A stretch of DNA of 63,006 bases, filler included, from Intoshia linei (taxonomy: Eukaryota; Animalia; Orthonectida): NCBI GenBank assembly GCA_001642005.1. It is 5 parts of 5 records of this genome, joined end to end, with 100 filler letters (N's around TTAATTAATTAA, not from the genome) between each part and the next. Parts side by side here need not be neighbours in the genome. Positions count along the whole stretch, not along the records: positions 19,922 to 39,860 come from LWCA01000708.1; positions 39,961 to 56,115 come from LWCA01000877.1; 3 more parts are not named here. One strand, written 5' to 3'. Position 1 is the stretch's first letter, and each line of letters starts with the position of its first letter. Below the pieces are notes generated by a model, which searched no databases, was not told where the DNA came from, and saw only the letters and a program-made list of their open reading frames with translations. Positions 26,701 to 40,967 of the stretch are shown here, piece by piece. Position numbers and translations under genes: made by a program.

Positions 26701-29700
26701 TACCTTATATATCATTAATTGGTACAAGCCATTGCTAGTCAAAGCTTTCGAGTCCAATCCTAACCGCATAAATGCGTATCCAAATGGTTTACGAGATTGA
26801 TCTTTAGCTATCACGACCAATTAAATCACAATACAATATTAAAGAACAATGCATATTTTAGTCACATTTTAGCTAGTAAAACTCGAACTGGGAGATTCGT
26901 TAAAAGAATTGAACCCAATCTTTCAAATATTTTAAAATTAATGAAAAATCAAAAATTTTACAGATACGTATATGTATTTATCTGTTTAAGTTTTAACGGG
27001 TCTCGTTGAGATGATATTCTAACCACAGTACAGATTAAAACATACAAATTTATTTTAACAGAACGAAAATGATTACATTTTTATATATGTCGGGGATAAA
27101 TGTAAAAATTAAAGCTCTACCCAAGGAATGAGGAAAAAATAATTTAAAATTAAAAAATAAATCCTTATTACAGAGTTGTGCACAATAGCTCGTATCTCAG
27201 TGCACAACACTGTAATCTAAGCAAGATTAAATAAAATATATTAAAAAAAATAATTTTTTTGTTGATGTGAAACTTATCAAATTATATTAACATATAAAGT
27301 AATATATTAAATTATACACTCTGTTGAAGATCTATGTTGAAATTTCAATTTAAGAACATAATTGTCGATTTCACTTGGATCCAAAGAAAGCTAATATAAA
27401 ATTTTAAAAATTTATGTATCTATAAAACATAATAATGACATAAAATTTTCAAATACAAATACTCATGTGATTAATTTAATTTTGGATGTTTTGAAATTTT
27501 TGAAACTCATTTTTAACAAGATGTAAAACAGATTTTTTCAATAGCATATTTCTAGTATACAGATATTATACATCATGTAGGTATCATCCTCAACAAATTG
27601 TAAAATAATTTTTCAAGCTGTGAAGCAAATTTTAAAATTTTAAAATTCAAATACTTACGTAGGGTGACCAGAAAAAAAATTTGGTTGCCACTGTATTAAT
27701 ATTATATTCTATATAAATATTATATTCAAAAACTTGCGTCTTTGGAAGGCCTCGGTGCAACCTTCCTTTTTAAATATCATCTCAGGATTGTTTAAAAATC
27801 AATATTTTAGCCCAAAAAAATTTCCAGAAATTAAATATTCTCGACCCTAGTTTACTTATCCAATTTTAAGAAAAAAGTGATTGCTATGTTATTATCAATT
27901 AAAAATATCATTACACAAAGATATTCGTTCCATATGGGTTTTGCTTCGTGATGATAAACCTATTTAAAATGAAATTGATTTTTATCATGTATTAATTAAT
28001 ATTTATGCTATTTAATTAATTAGAGTTACAGTCGAAGTAAATTTATTTGAATTATTTGAATCTGCTCCTCTTTTTATTACCAACTAATAATTAGATTTAA
28101 GTAGTTTGATTTAATTTGATATACATCAACTAACTTGTCTCCATTCCATACTTCTATTGTGCATTCAACGTTATAGTCAGATTTTTTAAATTCTGCGCTA
28201 ACAAGTTTTACGTATACATCGTTACGTTCTGCAACTATAAAACATAATAAAAATTATAAAACCAAATAAAATAAACTAACTACATCAGCGATTCTTTAGG
28301 GGTCCGCACGGCTCTCTCTTGCATATCGTTAATTATATTGGGGTCAGTGAGAAATTTTAAATACTTTCATTAAATTAATTTTAACATAGATTTTCCAAAT
28401 TTACCATTGGATTAGAGAAATTAGATATTAGAAATTGTTAGTAGGGCACGATCCTCTGAAATTTACCTCCATAATTAGAGAGTAGTAGAAATTTTAATAT
28501 ATGATTTGGTATGGTATTATTGTTAATGTATCGTCGAATAAGAAAATATCAAATTCCTAGATGGGAAGCCACTTATACTGAAATCTACGCGGAGTTGTTA
28601 TCATCGGAGTAACCGCGGAACGTGATATTTCCTTTTTTGTTACATTAATTTCATCATAATGACTATTAAAAAAATTTAGAGTCAGTGACATGTGCATATT
28701 TGGGTAGCCCTGAATTACTCGTAGTAAATAATATTTTATAAACATTTTAGAAAAAATGTTACTTACATTTATCTATAATTGACATTTTCAATTTTTTGAC
28801 AACAGTTAAATTATTTAAATTCGGCAATGTCTAAATTAAACATATTACTAACATAAAATATGGCTAACATTCAGTTGAGCAACATTAATTTGAGCAGTGG
28901 TTCAGATTTAAATAGTCTACACCGTACAATTTACGTCATTTCAAAATATTTATTTATTTTTGAACAAAGAAAATATGAAATATAAAATATTTATGAAAAA
29001 ATTAAATGTTTTTTCTCATAAAATTTAGTAAAATCATCTTTTTTAAAAAAATATTGGAAAAATAACATTTTTCCATTAATGGTTATAAAATTGGATTGTT
29101 TATTTTGGGTTTTGGATTCAGAAATTGTTATTTGTAAGATTTGGTAAAATCTAATTTCTCAAAAAAATATTGGAAAAGGAAGAGTTTTCCATTAAGGGTT
29201 CGTAAAATTGGATTTTTTATTTTGGGTTTTGGATTCACAAATTTTTTTTCGTAAGATTTGGTTAAATTTAATTTTTCAAACAAAATATTAGAAAAGGAGG
29301 AGTTTTCCATTAAGGGTTAGTAAAATTGGATTTTTTATTTTGGGTTTTGGATTCAGAAATTGTTTCTCGTAAGATTTGGTAAAATCTAATTTTTAAAAAA
29401 AATATCGCTAAAAGTCAATTTTTCCTTCTGTGTTTGAAATGGTATTTTTTATTAAAATTTTTAATTAATGCTGGCGTAAAATGGGATTTTTGAAATAATA
29501 ATGTAGCTATCGTCTAGGCTTTAAGGTAAATTCTCGACATCTGACAACTCTGTAATAAATATTAAAAATTCTCCTATAAAAATAAACAAAAGTTAGTAAA
29601 TTTTTTGTATATAAAATGTTTGACTCACGGAACACCAGGCATATAGTTTTGAACCACCAAGGGGTCCAGGGAGCCTCAATCGGAAACCACTGTCTTAAAG

Positions 29701-32700
29701 CGATATAATCATATATTTTGCTAATTCATCATATTTTTTGATTCTTCAACCAATTTTTAAAGATTTTCAAGATAATTTTAGTCCCAAAATTTGGTAGGGT
29801 ACATAAGGTAACATTTTTTCTACCATTTTTTAAATATTTTGAAGGTAATTCGTGGACAAAAATTTTGTAAAATATTAAAAGGATCTTTAAAAATTGATTA
29901 AAAAAAAAATTCCCTTAAAAACCCTGCTAAATTTTGGTCGAAAAATTACCATAAAAACCTTTAAAGATTGGATAAAAAAAACTTCCCCTAAACCTTACTA
30001 AATTTTGAATCCAAAATTATCTCAAAAAATCTTTAAAATCTTTAAAAATTTGGTGAAAAAATTTTCTATATATAAACCCACAGTGTAAAACTAGTGTAGT
30101 GAAAATTTCAATTTTACTTCATCGGCTAGTTGGTCTTTTTTGAGTTTAATATTGATAAAAATAAAATAATCATTTGTCCGGACAACATCCAATTCATTGT
30201 TTATAATTTTTTTACAATTATCTTCCAAACTAACACTCTGTAAACATCTAAATTACAAATCACATTAATACACATAAACAAGGAGAATAAATTAAATTAG
30301 TATATTTACTCATATATATTTTCGCGTAATTCATTGAATTCAGTTAATGATCTTAAATCATTATAATCTGCAATGTACTTTAGAGAATGTACTAAAAGAA
30401 AATGAAAAAATAAATGAAACATTATAATTTTTCAATGTAAACGCGTTAGATTCAAGAAAATTATATACCTGCAACACCGACTGGTCTTCGTATGTAGTTT
30501 GTCAAGTTTTCTGCGTTTTTCTTTAAAAACATGGGACCTAGATTGAAATAATATTTTAAAAACCATATTCAAATTGGCAATTTACCTATTCGAATAAAGT
30601 ATATAAAAAAATACAAATTTTCCAATTTCCAATCCATTAAATGTATATCCTAATTTTTGATAAAAATTATTTTTTTTGGATTTATTTAAATTTTTACTTT
30701 AAATACAGCGTTAATACTTCCCAATAATTCTCCATCTTTTGTTGTGCCATTACTATCTAATTCGATTATAAATGGTTCACTAAATTATATATTTAGTTTT
30801 TTTAAATAAATTGAATTTTATTGTATTGTCAAATCTGATTCTGTGAGCCCTAATATTTTTGTTTCAATTTTTTAATAAATCTTGCCCATTTTTCATAGCA
30901 TTCAGATCAGATTGTACAATGTATGGTGTACTATGTACACTGTACATTTTATAATGTGTATTTTAACATGTATTATATTTTAGATTAACCTGATTAAAGT
31001 GTCACTTGATTTGTCGTACAAAGTTATTATAATTTCAAATGAATATTTCTGTGGAAAGATGACATTAACAATATTAACACATATGCTGGCAAAATTTTGA
31101 GTATAATCTTCTTGTCTTGTTATATTATACTATTTAAACGATATTTTATAGTAAACTAAATTCATACACCAATCTGTGAATCGTCTGAATTTAAAAATTC
31201 CATCATTTTGTGGGACTAAATCCAAATATATGTAAATTTAATAATTTTAATATATCATTATAATAATCATTATAATTATAAAATATAATTCAACAAATCT
31301 GTTTGCTATAATTTAACAAAAAATAATAAATAATAATTTTTATAATTTTTTTCCAAATGGATAAAAATAAATACAATGTTTTACGAACCATGAAATTCAG
31401 TTTAGGGTGTCTACTTAAATCCAACCGTTTTTATTTAAATCCAACTATTTTTACTTAAAATCCCCTTTTAGCAACGTTAAATAGAAAAATTTATTTTCAC
31501 AACCCCTTAAATGAAAATTCCAATTTTACCAACCCTAAAACGAAAGATCCAGTTCTTCCAAACCCTACAATGAAAAATTCAGTTTTACAACCTTAAAATA
31601 AAAAAATCAGTCTTTTTAGGTATTCATCCACTTTTACAAATCCTAAAACTGGAATTTTGAATTTTTCCTTGTATGGTTTGAGAGAGCTAGATTTTTCGTT
31701 TTAGGGTTGGTAAAAGTGAAATTTTCCCTAAAAAGTTGGTAAAACTAAATTTTTCCCTAAATAGGTTGTAAAAGTGGATTTTTTTTTTATGGTTGGTAAA
31801 ATTGGAATTTTCACTTAAGGGGTTGTAAAAATAAATTTTCCCCTTTAAGGTTGCTAAAAGTGGATTTTAAGTAAAAATGGTTGTATTTTAATAAAAATGG
31901 TTGGGTTTAAGAATATTCTCTTAATTTCATAATCATAAATTTAGAAATTTCACATGGTAATAGCATAATAGTAAAGAATAATTATTAAGATAAAGTTGAT
32001 TTAAAATAAAGTAGGCAGAAAAAATACGTACTATCAATTTTAGTTTATTTGGTGTTAAAGCCAAAACTACTTATTAATGATGACGAACAAAAATTTTCGG
32101 CTTAAAATTTATTCCAAATAAACTAAAAGTGATACTACGTATTTTTCTGGTCACTTTATTTAAAAGTACAAAAGTACAAAGTACTGTATAAAATTACTTG
32201 TCGAAACAATGTGACTACACTTGTGATTGTTGGATCCAAAACTCTACCTTCATCGTCTCTAACTTGTAAATCAAGTTTAAAATTTCTAAATTAAATTATT
32301 CATTTTTTTTTCAATATACAATATAGTATTCGTCTATAATCTAGGACAATGTTTCTCAACTTATGCACCCTAGCGCACTAGTTCACCAAAACATTTTATG
32401 TGAGTCCAGCGAAAAATTGTTATAAATGTTAAATGAAAAATATTAAGTTTTTTAGGTTTTTTGTACTGAAACAAAATTTTTTCTTAAATTTGCAGCTTTC
32501 CCTTTCAGTCTTAACCTTAAACAACAATAAAGTGTTCAATGATAATCTTAAATTTTCAGTAAGCACGCAAAAAATATAAAATTTTTATTAGTGGATTGTG
32601 CGCTATCTTTTTTAATTGCTTTCAAGTGCGCCCAATGGAAAACAGTTTAAAAATAATGATCGAGGATCTAGATCAGGGTGCACAACCTGCAACCCTACGG

Positions 32701-35700
32701 CCCCATGCGACCGTGAGAGCGTTTATGTGCAGCCGTGGGTATGTGATCATAATGCAATGTATAAATTTATTCCCATTTAAAAGTTTAAATCACAATTTAT
32801 TCAAAGCAAATTTAAAATAGTTTTATCAAAAATTTACATTATTATTTATGGTGTTATTAAAGCTTGTTAAAATGTTGACCTCTTTTTAAAATGACTTTAT
32901 TTAAATTTGTAACTGATTTATTATTCAATGAAATATACTATATGATGTCAAATTGAAAATGTTTAAATCTTATTTTATTCAAGGGAAATTTAAAATATTT
33001 TTGACTTTGAACACTTTCTCAAAATCGATTTAAAGTGTAAACTATTTCAATTTCAAAGTAAATTATGTGAGGCCGTGGTATCAATGTGTAAAGTAGCTTT
33101 GCGGCTTAAATGGTGGAAAGATTGTGCACCCCTGATGTAGATCTATTTAATTTTACATGTTCCCATTATCGATTAGTTTAATAATTTTCCACATTAAGAT
33201 GTTGATATCAGTCTAAATGTATAAATTGAGTAAAATAAATAAAATATAAAAGGGTGCCTAACCGGTTATATCAAAATTAAGTATTTTTATTTTTATATTC
33301 AATTTTAGTACAATTTTATATTTTAATAGTAACACTATTACCGACATGAATAAAATACTCTGTGCTTATGAAATGTTATACTTTTGTGAAAAATCCAATT
33401 TTGATCAAATCTTTATAATAAATTTCCAAAATATTGTCAATTATGTTCATTTGAAATGCTTCAGCTTTCCATTTATTGTGATCAACAGAATACTAGATTA
33501 TTTTTATAAAAGTTTACAAATATTTAAAATAATAAAAATAACAATTTCAATGAAAATGATTTAGATTCATATTATAATGGTTTCCAACGGGTAAGTTAAA
33601 ATTTTCATGAACGTCCCGACCAAAAAAATGTTCAAAATAATGCGTCTAGCCACGTATTTCAGTTTAAAATTTAAAATCAATGATTAAAATTTTATTTTGG
33701 AGATGAATTAAAAGGTTTTTTGTAAATCATAAGAAGGGTTTTTACTTAAAAAGCTTGAAAGTGAATTTTTTATTAAATTTTATTAATGATGTGATAAAAG
33801 TGGGATTTCAAAATAATAATTTAGCGGTTTTCTAGGCTTTGGGATAAAATTCCAACATCTGGCAACTCTGAAGTAATGTATTTTACAGAAATAACCTAAT
33901 TTTTTAATTTTGCTGGTAAAACATTTAGCAATGACTGCTGTAGATGTTCAATGCAAATTTTTTTTTTAAATTATAGGATGAATATTTACATTTTTATTTT
34001 TAACTACAAAATGGTAATCTGGGGTTTTTATTGTGATAATGTAATTTTTTGGGTTTTCGATTTATGATAGTGAGAGTGAGTAATGAAATAATGGGATAAT
34101 TTTATTAAAAACATTTTAATTTATAATATGACTTATATTTTTTAAAAAAATTAACGAAAAAACCTTTTTTCACAATTGCACTATTTTTGGAAAGAATTTC
34201 TTTAAAACCACTTTAATTTGACTTATTTTTAGTAAAATTACTCTAAACGTCTTTTTTCGCAAATTTCACCATTTTTTGGGGAGAATTTTTTTAAAAACAT
34301 TTTAATTTATAATATGACTTATATTTTTCAAAAAAATTAACGAAAAACCACTTTTTTCACAATTGCACTATTTTTGGATAGAATTTCATTAAAACCACTT
34401 CAATTTGATTTTTTTACTAAAATTACTCGAAACGTCTTTTTTCACAATTTCACAATTTCATTATTTAATTTTTTAAAAAAATGGTAATCTGTATTTGAGA
34501 TCGTGAAAATGCACTTTTTTCAGTTTGCGATTTATAATCATGTTTATGATTTTAAAAACTATCTCAAAATTTATGTTGCACAATTGTAAAATCTACAACT
34601 TTTTTTTGATTTTTAAAAAAAGGCTAATTTGATGGTTTGGCCGTGAAGATATAAGATTTTGATATTGAAATTTATCATAATGTTGATGATTTTAAAATCT
34701 TTACGATATCCTTTAGCGATTGACCGCCTTTTGGCGGCCATTTATATCAATTTTAAAATCCCTGATGTAATTATTGAAAATTATAATTCTTAAAATTTTA
34801 CTTGTATAAAATCATCATATTGCGCATACCATTCTCTAACAGTTTGCATAACCAACTGTATTAAAGATGTTTGAGAAGTAAGTGTATTGTCGTAGGATCT
34901 ATGAAAGTTTGTAAACAGATTGTTGATAAATAATATACATTATAAATTTTTAAATTTTTAATAAGGGACGGAACCGAACACACTACGTTTGCATCTAACG
35001 AAAATCAAAAGTAAATATTTAGAAAAATGATTCGTAATGTTATATGACCCTAGCCAATGTCCACCACAGAGCCAAACCTGTCAAGCTGGAGGCCAGCCGG
35101 AAATTAAAAATAAATTAAATTAATATTAAATTAATAATAAAATTTCGCAATCTATGCGTAGTGTCATATAGCGCCTATTCCCCTGTCAACGGCTTTATAC
35201 TTGACATTCAAAATTTAACAAACAAAATAGTTATGATATTTATGAAAATAATTTTTTTAGATCTTAATTGCGAAAAAAGAGCTTTCATTTTACAAAATTT
35301 CGTCTAGACCCGAAGAGTATATCGGGTAAGGTAGGTTCCGCACTGCTCACTAGATTATTTCTGTATTTTCTTATTTTGATATTGAAAAATAAAATTTTTT
35401 AAATGTTATATTTGAAAAATTTCGGCGAACCCTTCTCCATAGTGCGAAGCATCAGTAGTAAATTACTAAAACTTTAAAATTTTTCCAAATTCCTTAAATT
35501 TCGGTTTCAGTATCTGAAATTAAAGTTTGATTTTAAACACAATTAGTTGATAATTTGAAAATTGAAAATTTTGATTGGAAAATGAAAAAAATTTAAGAAG
35601 GGTGACGCCAAATAGATTTTCAATACTATTAATCCAGTAACATCACATTTTTGTTGGATTTATTCAAAGTTTGGTACATATTAACAAAGAAAAATACTAC

Positions 35701-36103
35701 AAAAGTGGCATGAGCCAATTAGAGTGTAAGAAATAATAAGAATACGCTCTGAAATTAATAGATCCAATTCGATGTTTATCGACAAAATTTATTGGAAATA
35801 TTCCTTTCTTTTCTAGATAAATAAATAAAATGGATCATATGATTTATATTTGAATATTAATAAATTACTAGTTCGCAAATTTAAACCATAAAACCATTCT
35901 ACACGAAATTAATAATGTAAATATAAAAATTAAACCTTTGGTTTTCTTTAATACACTCAAAACATCACCCATCAACATTTGAATGCAACTTTCATCGTTT
36001 TTTAAATCAAAATTGTACAATGCTACATTTAAAATTGATACATGCTAAAATTTACAATACCGACGTATTTTTTGGGTTTTTTTAAATTTGTCCAATCAGA
36101 CAT
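20743..36103 (-). CDS. DOCK: Dedicator of cytokinesis (DOCK1-5 class) Rac GEF: SH3, DHR-1 (C2) and helical region; DHR-2 missing because of the gap
   Basis: ATG at 36103 gives MSDWTNLKKPKKYV-ALYNFDLK...MGDVLSVL..EWFYG..KKGIFP (SH3). DHR-1 motifs RNDVYVKLVSAEFKK and YHHEAKPIWNE. Later VRSAVIPIIFDLMNEEF. More than 30 exons; the 3' boundary is approximate. Confidence 0.88.
21810..22120 (+). mobile_element. Partial Helitron-like copy in a DOCK intron
   Basis: tgtgtgtctgtctgtg microsatellite followed by taactacccgtcttagaattttataaagtcc, shared with the other copies. Confidence 0.7.
28895..29692 (-). mobile_element. hAT-like element with three internal tandem units of about 120 bp
   Basis: CAGTGGTT termini at both ends; repeated ttttccattaagggtt..aaaattggattttttattttgggttttgg units at about 29040-29400. 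Confidence 0.7.
31405..31920. mobile_element. Foldback-like MITE, same family as 7303-7677
   Basis: Same GGGTGTCTACTTAAATCC and AAGAATATTCTC ends; flanked by TTA on both sides. Confidence 0.8.
32005..32162. repeat. Small palindromic MITE-like element
   Basis: aaataaagt..cagaaaaaatacgta..tttagtttatttgg pairs with ccaaataaactaaa..tacgtatttttctg..actttattt. Confidence 0.65.
32674..33134. mobile_element. hAT-type MITE, next to an older MITE at 32347-32658
   Basis: CAGGGTGCACAA / TTGTGCACCCCTG TIRs; TSD ATCTAGAT / ATGTAGAT. Confidence 0.8.
34105..34455. repeat. Tandem duplication with a unit of about 186 bp in a DOCK intron
   Basis: aaaaacattttaatttataatatgacttata occurs at about 34107 and 34293, followed by collinear sequence. 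Confidence 0.8.
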
Positions 36104-39100
36104 GTTGTAAAATTATTTAATATTCTTTTTATAGTTTTGGAGTGATATTAATTTTTGATATACACTTTACAATTTTAGGTATCAGATAAATGTCAATAAT
36201 TTTCTTATAATTTACCATCTTTTACATATTATAAACAACTGTTGCTATTTACCTTTAAAATCATTTATTTTATGTACTTTACATGTTCAACTACTTAAAT
36301 TGTAGTTCATTTATCATTGTAATTTAATTTTTGTTTCTGAGGGGTTGAATAATTTGATTAGTCGTAGAAGTCGAAACGTAGCATTGAGTATACTGTAATT
36401 TTTGGCTTAAATCACAAACTTGTGAAAAATAGTGTACTTTAAATTGACCCTGAAACTTTAAGTTAATTAATATTTGTTGGTTTAGAATCTAAATTTTAGA
36501 TAAATTTTATTTTGACAAAGTAAGCAGTGATAGTGATTTTTTCTTGTTTCATGAGTTTTATACAAATTTTATCAAGGTCATAAATAATTTCAGTATCGTC
36601 TCAAAAAAATTTCTCTTACAATTTTAAGACCATTCAAAGTTTTAAAAATATTGAAATATAATTCAAAATTTATACATGTACAGTAGGGTGTCACTAAATT
36701 TAAGTTTGATAATTCTGAAAAATACTTATTAATGACTCAGCGTTGATCAATTAAGTAATTAACAAAAAACAACTAAATTTAAATTTATTTTTATGTTTTT
36801 CTTAATTTGTTTTTACAAAAACCAACATTCATGCTTTGTTTGTGTTGAAAAATTAATAATGTTTGTATATTTTAATAAATAATGTTAAGCTGCGTCTGGC
36901 ACTATTGACGTTATTCTATAATATGAAAAAAAAAGTATTCAAATTATAGCTATATTTGTCATTTTGTTTTGGTGATTGTAGTGTGTTAAATGTAGAAATT
37001 TGTCTCATTTCAAAAATTTTACTCTACTTTTATAAGAGACTTAAGATTGTCATAATCCAACTAAAATTTTATATATCCTAGACGCAATGTACCAACAAAA
37101 TAAAAGATTTTATAAATTGTAACCCAAAATATACTAATGACAAAACGGGAATGTAATTAATCCAAGCATTTATATGAAAATCATCGCTGTATTTTGAATT
37201 TCTTTTTTGTACAAATTTAATGATCGTTTATATTTTTGCAAGGCTCTTTTGGCTGAATCGGTTACAATTTTATACTTTATTGGTTAATTCTTTATTTTCG
37301 TAATATCGTGATAAAATCTATTCCCATAATATTTAGTTTATCAGAAATGCCAAATGTATTTTTGAAAACATTTCCTATGATAATTTTCATAATATTCTAT
37401 TATTTCTTAATCAAAATGACGTTTAATAAATTGTACAAATTTATAATAATAATGCCACATAATGGTGCAATGGTAAATAAAATCGAAAATGGTATATTGT
37501 CAAAACTAAACTTAACATACAAATTTATAATTTCTTTCGTATAATCTATTAATATAATGAAATTTACAATGGAATAGGCTTAAATACAATAATTTATGCA
37601 AATTAATAAATAATATTAATACGCATTAACGTTTTGCACTAAGTTACACATAATTTTACTTAAAAATATAAACGAGAATTAAATTTTTCCACAAAATAAT
37701 ACGAAATTAAAAATATAGTTACGGTTTTAAATAAATTTTAACAAAATACTTTGAATAATTACATAATCATTTAAATATTTAGAATAATATATTTTAGATT
37801 AAAATTTATAAAATCATTTATTTTATTGGTGTATTGAAGATACATGTCGCTCTAAGATGTATCGCTCCAACAATACATGGTTAAAATGAATGTTACTCAA
37901 CTAAATGTTCGCCGAAGTTTAATAACATTTTTATGGTTTCTTGACTGAATTCAACAAAACAAAAATTCAGAATATTAAACGAAGAATCAAGACAATATAA
38001 ATATCAATACACAATTTTTTATAAAATACACATTATTTTAACAATTGTACAGATTCAATATCGCTTTTTTTATCGTAGTTTTCATTTTCCGAATCATGAA
38101 ATTGAATATTTTCCCAATACCTCTTTTCATATTCCGTTCTGTGAATTAAATTTTAAAATATAATATAACATACAATGTCATCGAACGATAAATCTAACCT
38201 TTAAACCCAAATTGGAGTGCTAGATCGAAATGCTGGATCATAGATCCCACACCCAAGACCGAAATTATATTAAAAATGTAAAAAAACCACATATTTTTAA
38301 ATTATTTTTACCTACACATTTTTATAAATAAATATTTTAAATGACCCATTTTGCGAAACTAGAATGTATAAATGAGCCATTCTCTGTCATAAATTAAAAA
38401 AACGATAAATTTAAAGTATATTTCGTTTTACATTGTTTGTTAGTTTGATTCGTATATTTTCAGGATATTACAAATGTATTATAGAAAATTTAATATTATA
38501 GTACTATTAAGATATTATGACATAAAAAAATAAAATATACACTACTTTAAGATACATTCTCAAAAGGAATGAATCATAACTACGCCAATTTTGACTAAAA
38601 AAATTAAACTCTATCGAATGTGTGTAAAAATAATGCGGTTAGAATTTTAACGTGCATTTTAAGTCTATTTATGAGTATGAGTCTTGGATATTATTTACTT
38701 TAATTGAATTGTTTACATTTTATTTGTTAGAGAATGGCTCAAATATAATTTTTTAAAAGTATAAAATAAGAATTACTCATCATAATCTGTACAGGAACGT
38801 TTGTCTTCGGTTACATTTTGAAAGGAAAATTGTTTATTGATAAATTTTACTAACAAAATATTAAGTATAAATAAATAAATCAACAGACATACAGTTTTAA
38901 CCATGTTACTTTCTTCTTTTTTATTTTACTTATTATCATACATATCATACGTAACAATAATTTATATAAATTTGATCGGTAACCCATTGCACGTAGAGAT
39001 TATTCGGAAAAATCAAAAATTATAATTTGAAAATTTCGACTATCAATATAAATATTGCCACTCCTGTTGTATAATGTAATGTTATATGATACGTCTTATG

Positions 39101-39475
39101 TGCGCAGTGCGAACTGGTCACTGGTCAGACTTTTTTATACTGTGCACCGGGTTGCCATTTTTAGTATGCATAAATTGGCTTGTATATAATTTACCATCAA
39201 TATTTTCTCTAACATACACAACTGGTTGCTCGTGCTCCAAGTAACAATGTTCGTACATTCCTAAAGAAAATTATAAGAAAACTCAACAAAATAATAATCT
39301 ATCTCTGAATATTTGCAACATTGAAAAATTGGGAAAACCTTAAAAACTACACACGTTAATTATTAGATTACACATCAACTTGGACACGTTCCTCGTCGAA
39401 CCGGACAATTAAGTATGAACACGAAAATTTTTAGTATTAGTTTCAAAAAAAATTTTTAAAAACATGTTTCATCGA

Positions 39476-39860
39476 TATCCTACGCAATATTTATTTGTCT
39501 GTGTTACACTTTATTTCAATACATACCAGTCTTAAAATTTTATAAAGTCCACATTTCACTTATAGTTTTTACCGGGGATATAATAAGATAAATTTAAATC
39601 ACCCAAACTTACATCTTACGGGTCATAAACCCCAATTGTCTTTTTTTTTGAAAATCAAACGAGTTGGAGAATTTAAAAAATATACACGCTGATATCAATT
39701 TTAAAATCATAAACATTATCATAAATTTAAATTTAAAAAAATTATATCTTCAAAGCCAAAACCACACATTACCTTTTTTTTTGAAAACAGCCCTAGAATT
39801 TAAAATAATTTACAGGTGGTACAGTTGTATCCTGTTAACACACACAAAAAATTTCAATCC
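39476..39860 (+). mobile_element. Helitron-like copy truncated by the gap
   Basis: Collinear with 2230-2600 and 11920-12330. Confidence 0.75.
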
Positions 39861-39960
39861 NNNNNNNNNNNNNNNNNNNNNNNNNNNNNNNNNNNNNNNN
39901 NNNNTTAATTAATTAANNNNNNNNNNNNNNNNNNNNNNNNNNNNNNNNNNNNNNNNNNNN
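39861..39960. other. Assembly gap with linker
   Basis: N-run + TTAATTAATTAA + N-run. Confidence 0.95.
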
Positions 39961-40666
39961 ACTGATATACCCAAAACTACGAGATGCAGAATATTAAAAA
40001 CGGTTGGTAAAATCTGGAATGGTAAAGGTAAACCAGATTTAACCAAACGAAACCTGGAATTACGACTATCTTGGGCTAAAAATTACATGAGGATAAAATT
40101 TTTATATCTAATTTTTACCAATTAAACCAGAATATCTTTAGATGAGCCAGATTCGTGAAGTAAAGGTTGGTTAGTGAATAACAGATCACCACCAAACCGT
40201 TTACGGCGGCATCAAGGGGTGGGAGTATAATGATTTTGGCAGGCATTGTGAAAGATACTATTATTCTGAAACATACTGCGCGTTTTTAAAAAATAACGTT
40301 TTTTAGTTGATAAAAAAAAGAGGAAAAAGCTTTCTTAAAAATTTTATTTTTATGCATGATAATGCCTTAAGTCACGCATCCCGTTATACAAAATAATATC
40401 TTTCATCAAATGGCTATGGATCAGAAAAAATAATGTGTTGACCGCCAAATTCTCCCGATCTTGATTGTATTGAAAATCTATAGTCCAAAATTAAAAGAAA
40501 GATATATAGTGGGAATAAACAATATTAATCAAAAAACGATCTATGACATGCAATTTTGAAAGAAATCAAAAAAATGCAATGCAAAAACAATTGAAAACCT
40601 CACGAAATATATGGATAAACGACTTTTTCTTGTGATATCCTGGAAAGGGGATATATTAATATGTAA
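39961..40666 (+). mobile_element. Degenerate Tc1-family transposase
   Basis: KPDLTKRNLELRLSWAKNYM; RHQGVGSIMILAGI; FIFMHDNALSH; PPNSPDLDCIENL; multiple stops. Confidence 0.9.
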
Positions 40667-40967
40667 AGTTTAGTTACATTTTTTTTGCTTGAATTTGCTT
40701 TAAAATACAATGGATTATATCATTTAAATATTTAAAAAAATTTATTTATTCGTATTAACAAGAAATTATTGTTTAATATTCATTTGCATAAGAATTTGGC
40801 ATACCAAAAATCACATTTCACAATCTACCCTAATTATTACGTATTCCCAGTGAAAAATGATTTTTAACTTATTATCAACCAAAATTTTTCAAAATTTGCG
40901 CCCCACCCTTTTTACTCCCATCAATTTGAAATCTACCATATAACGATCAATATATTATGTTATTTAG

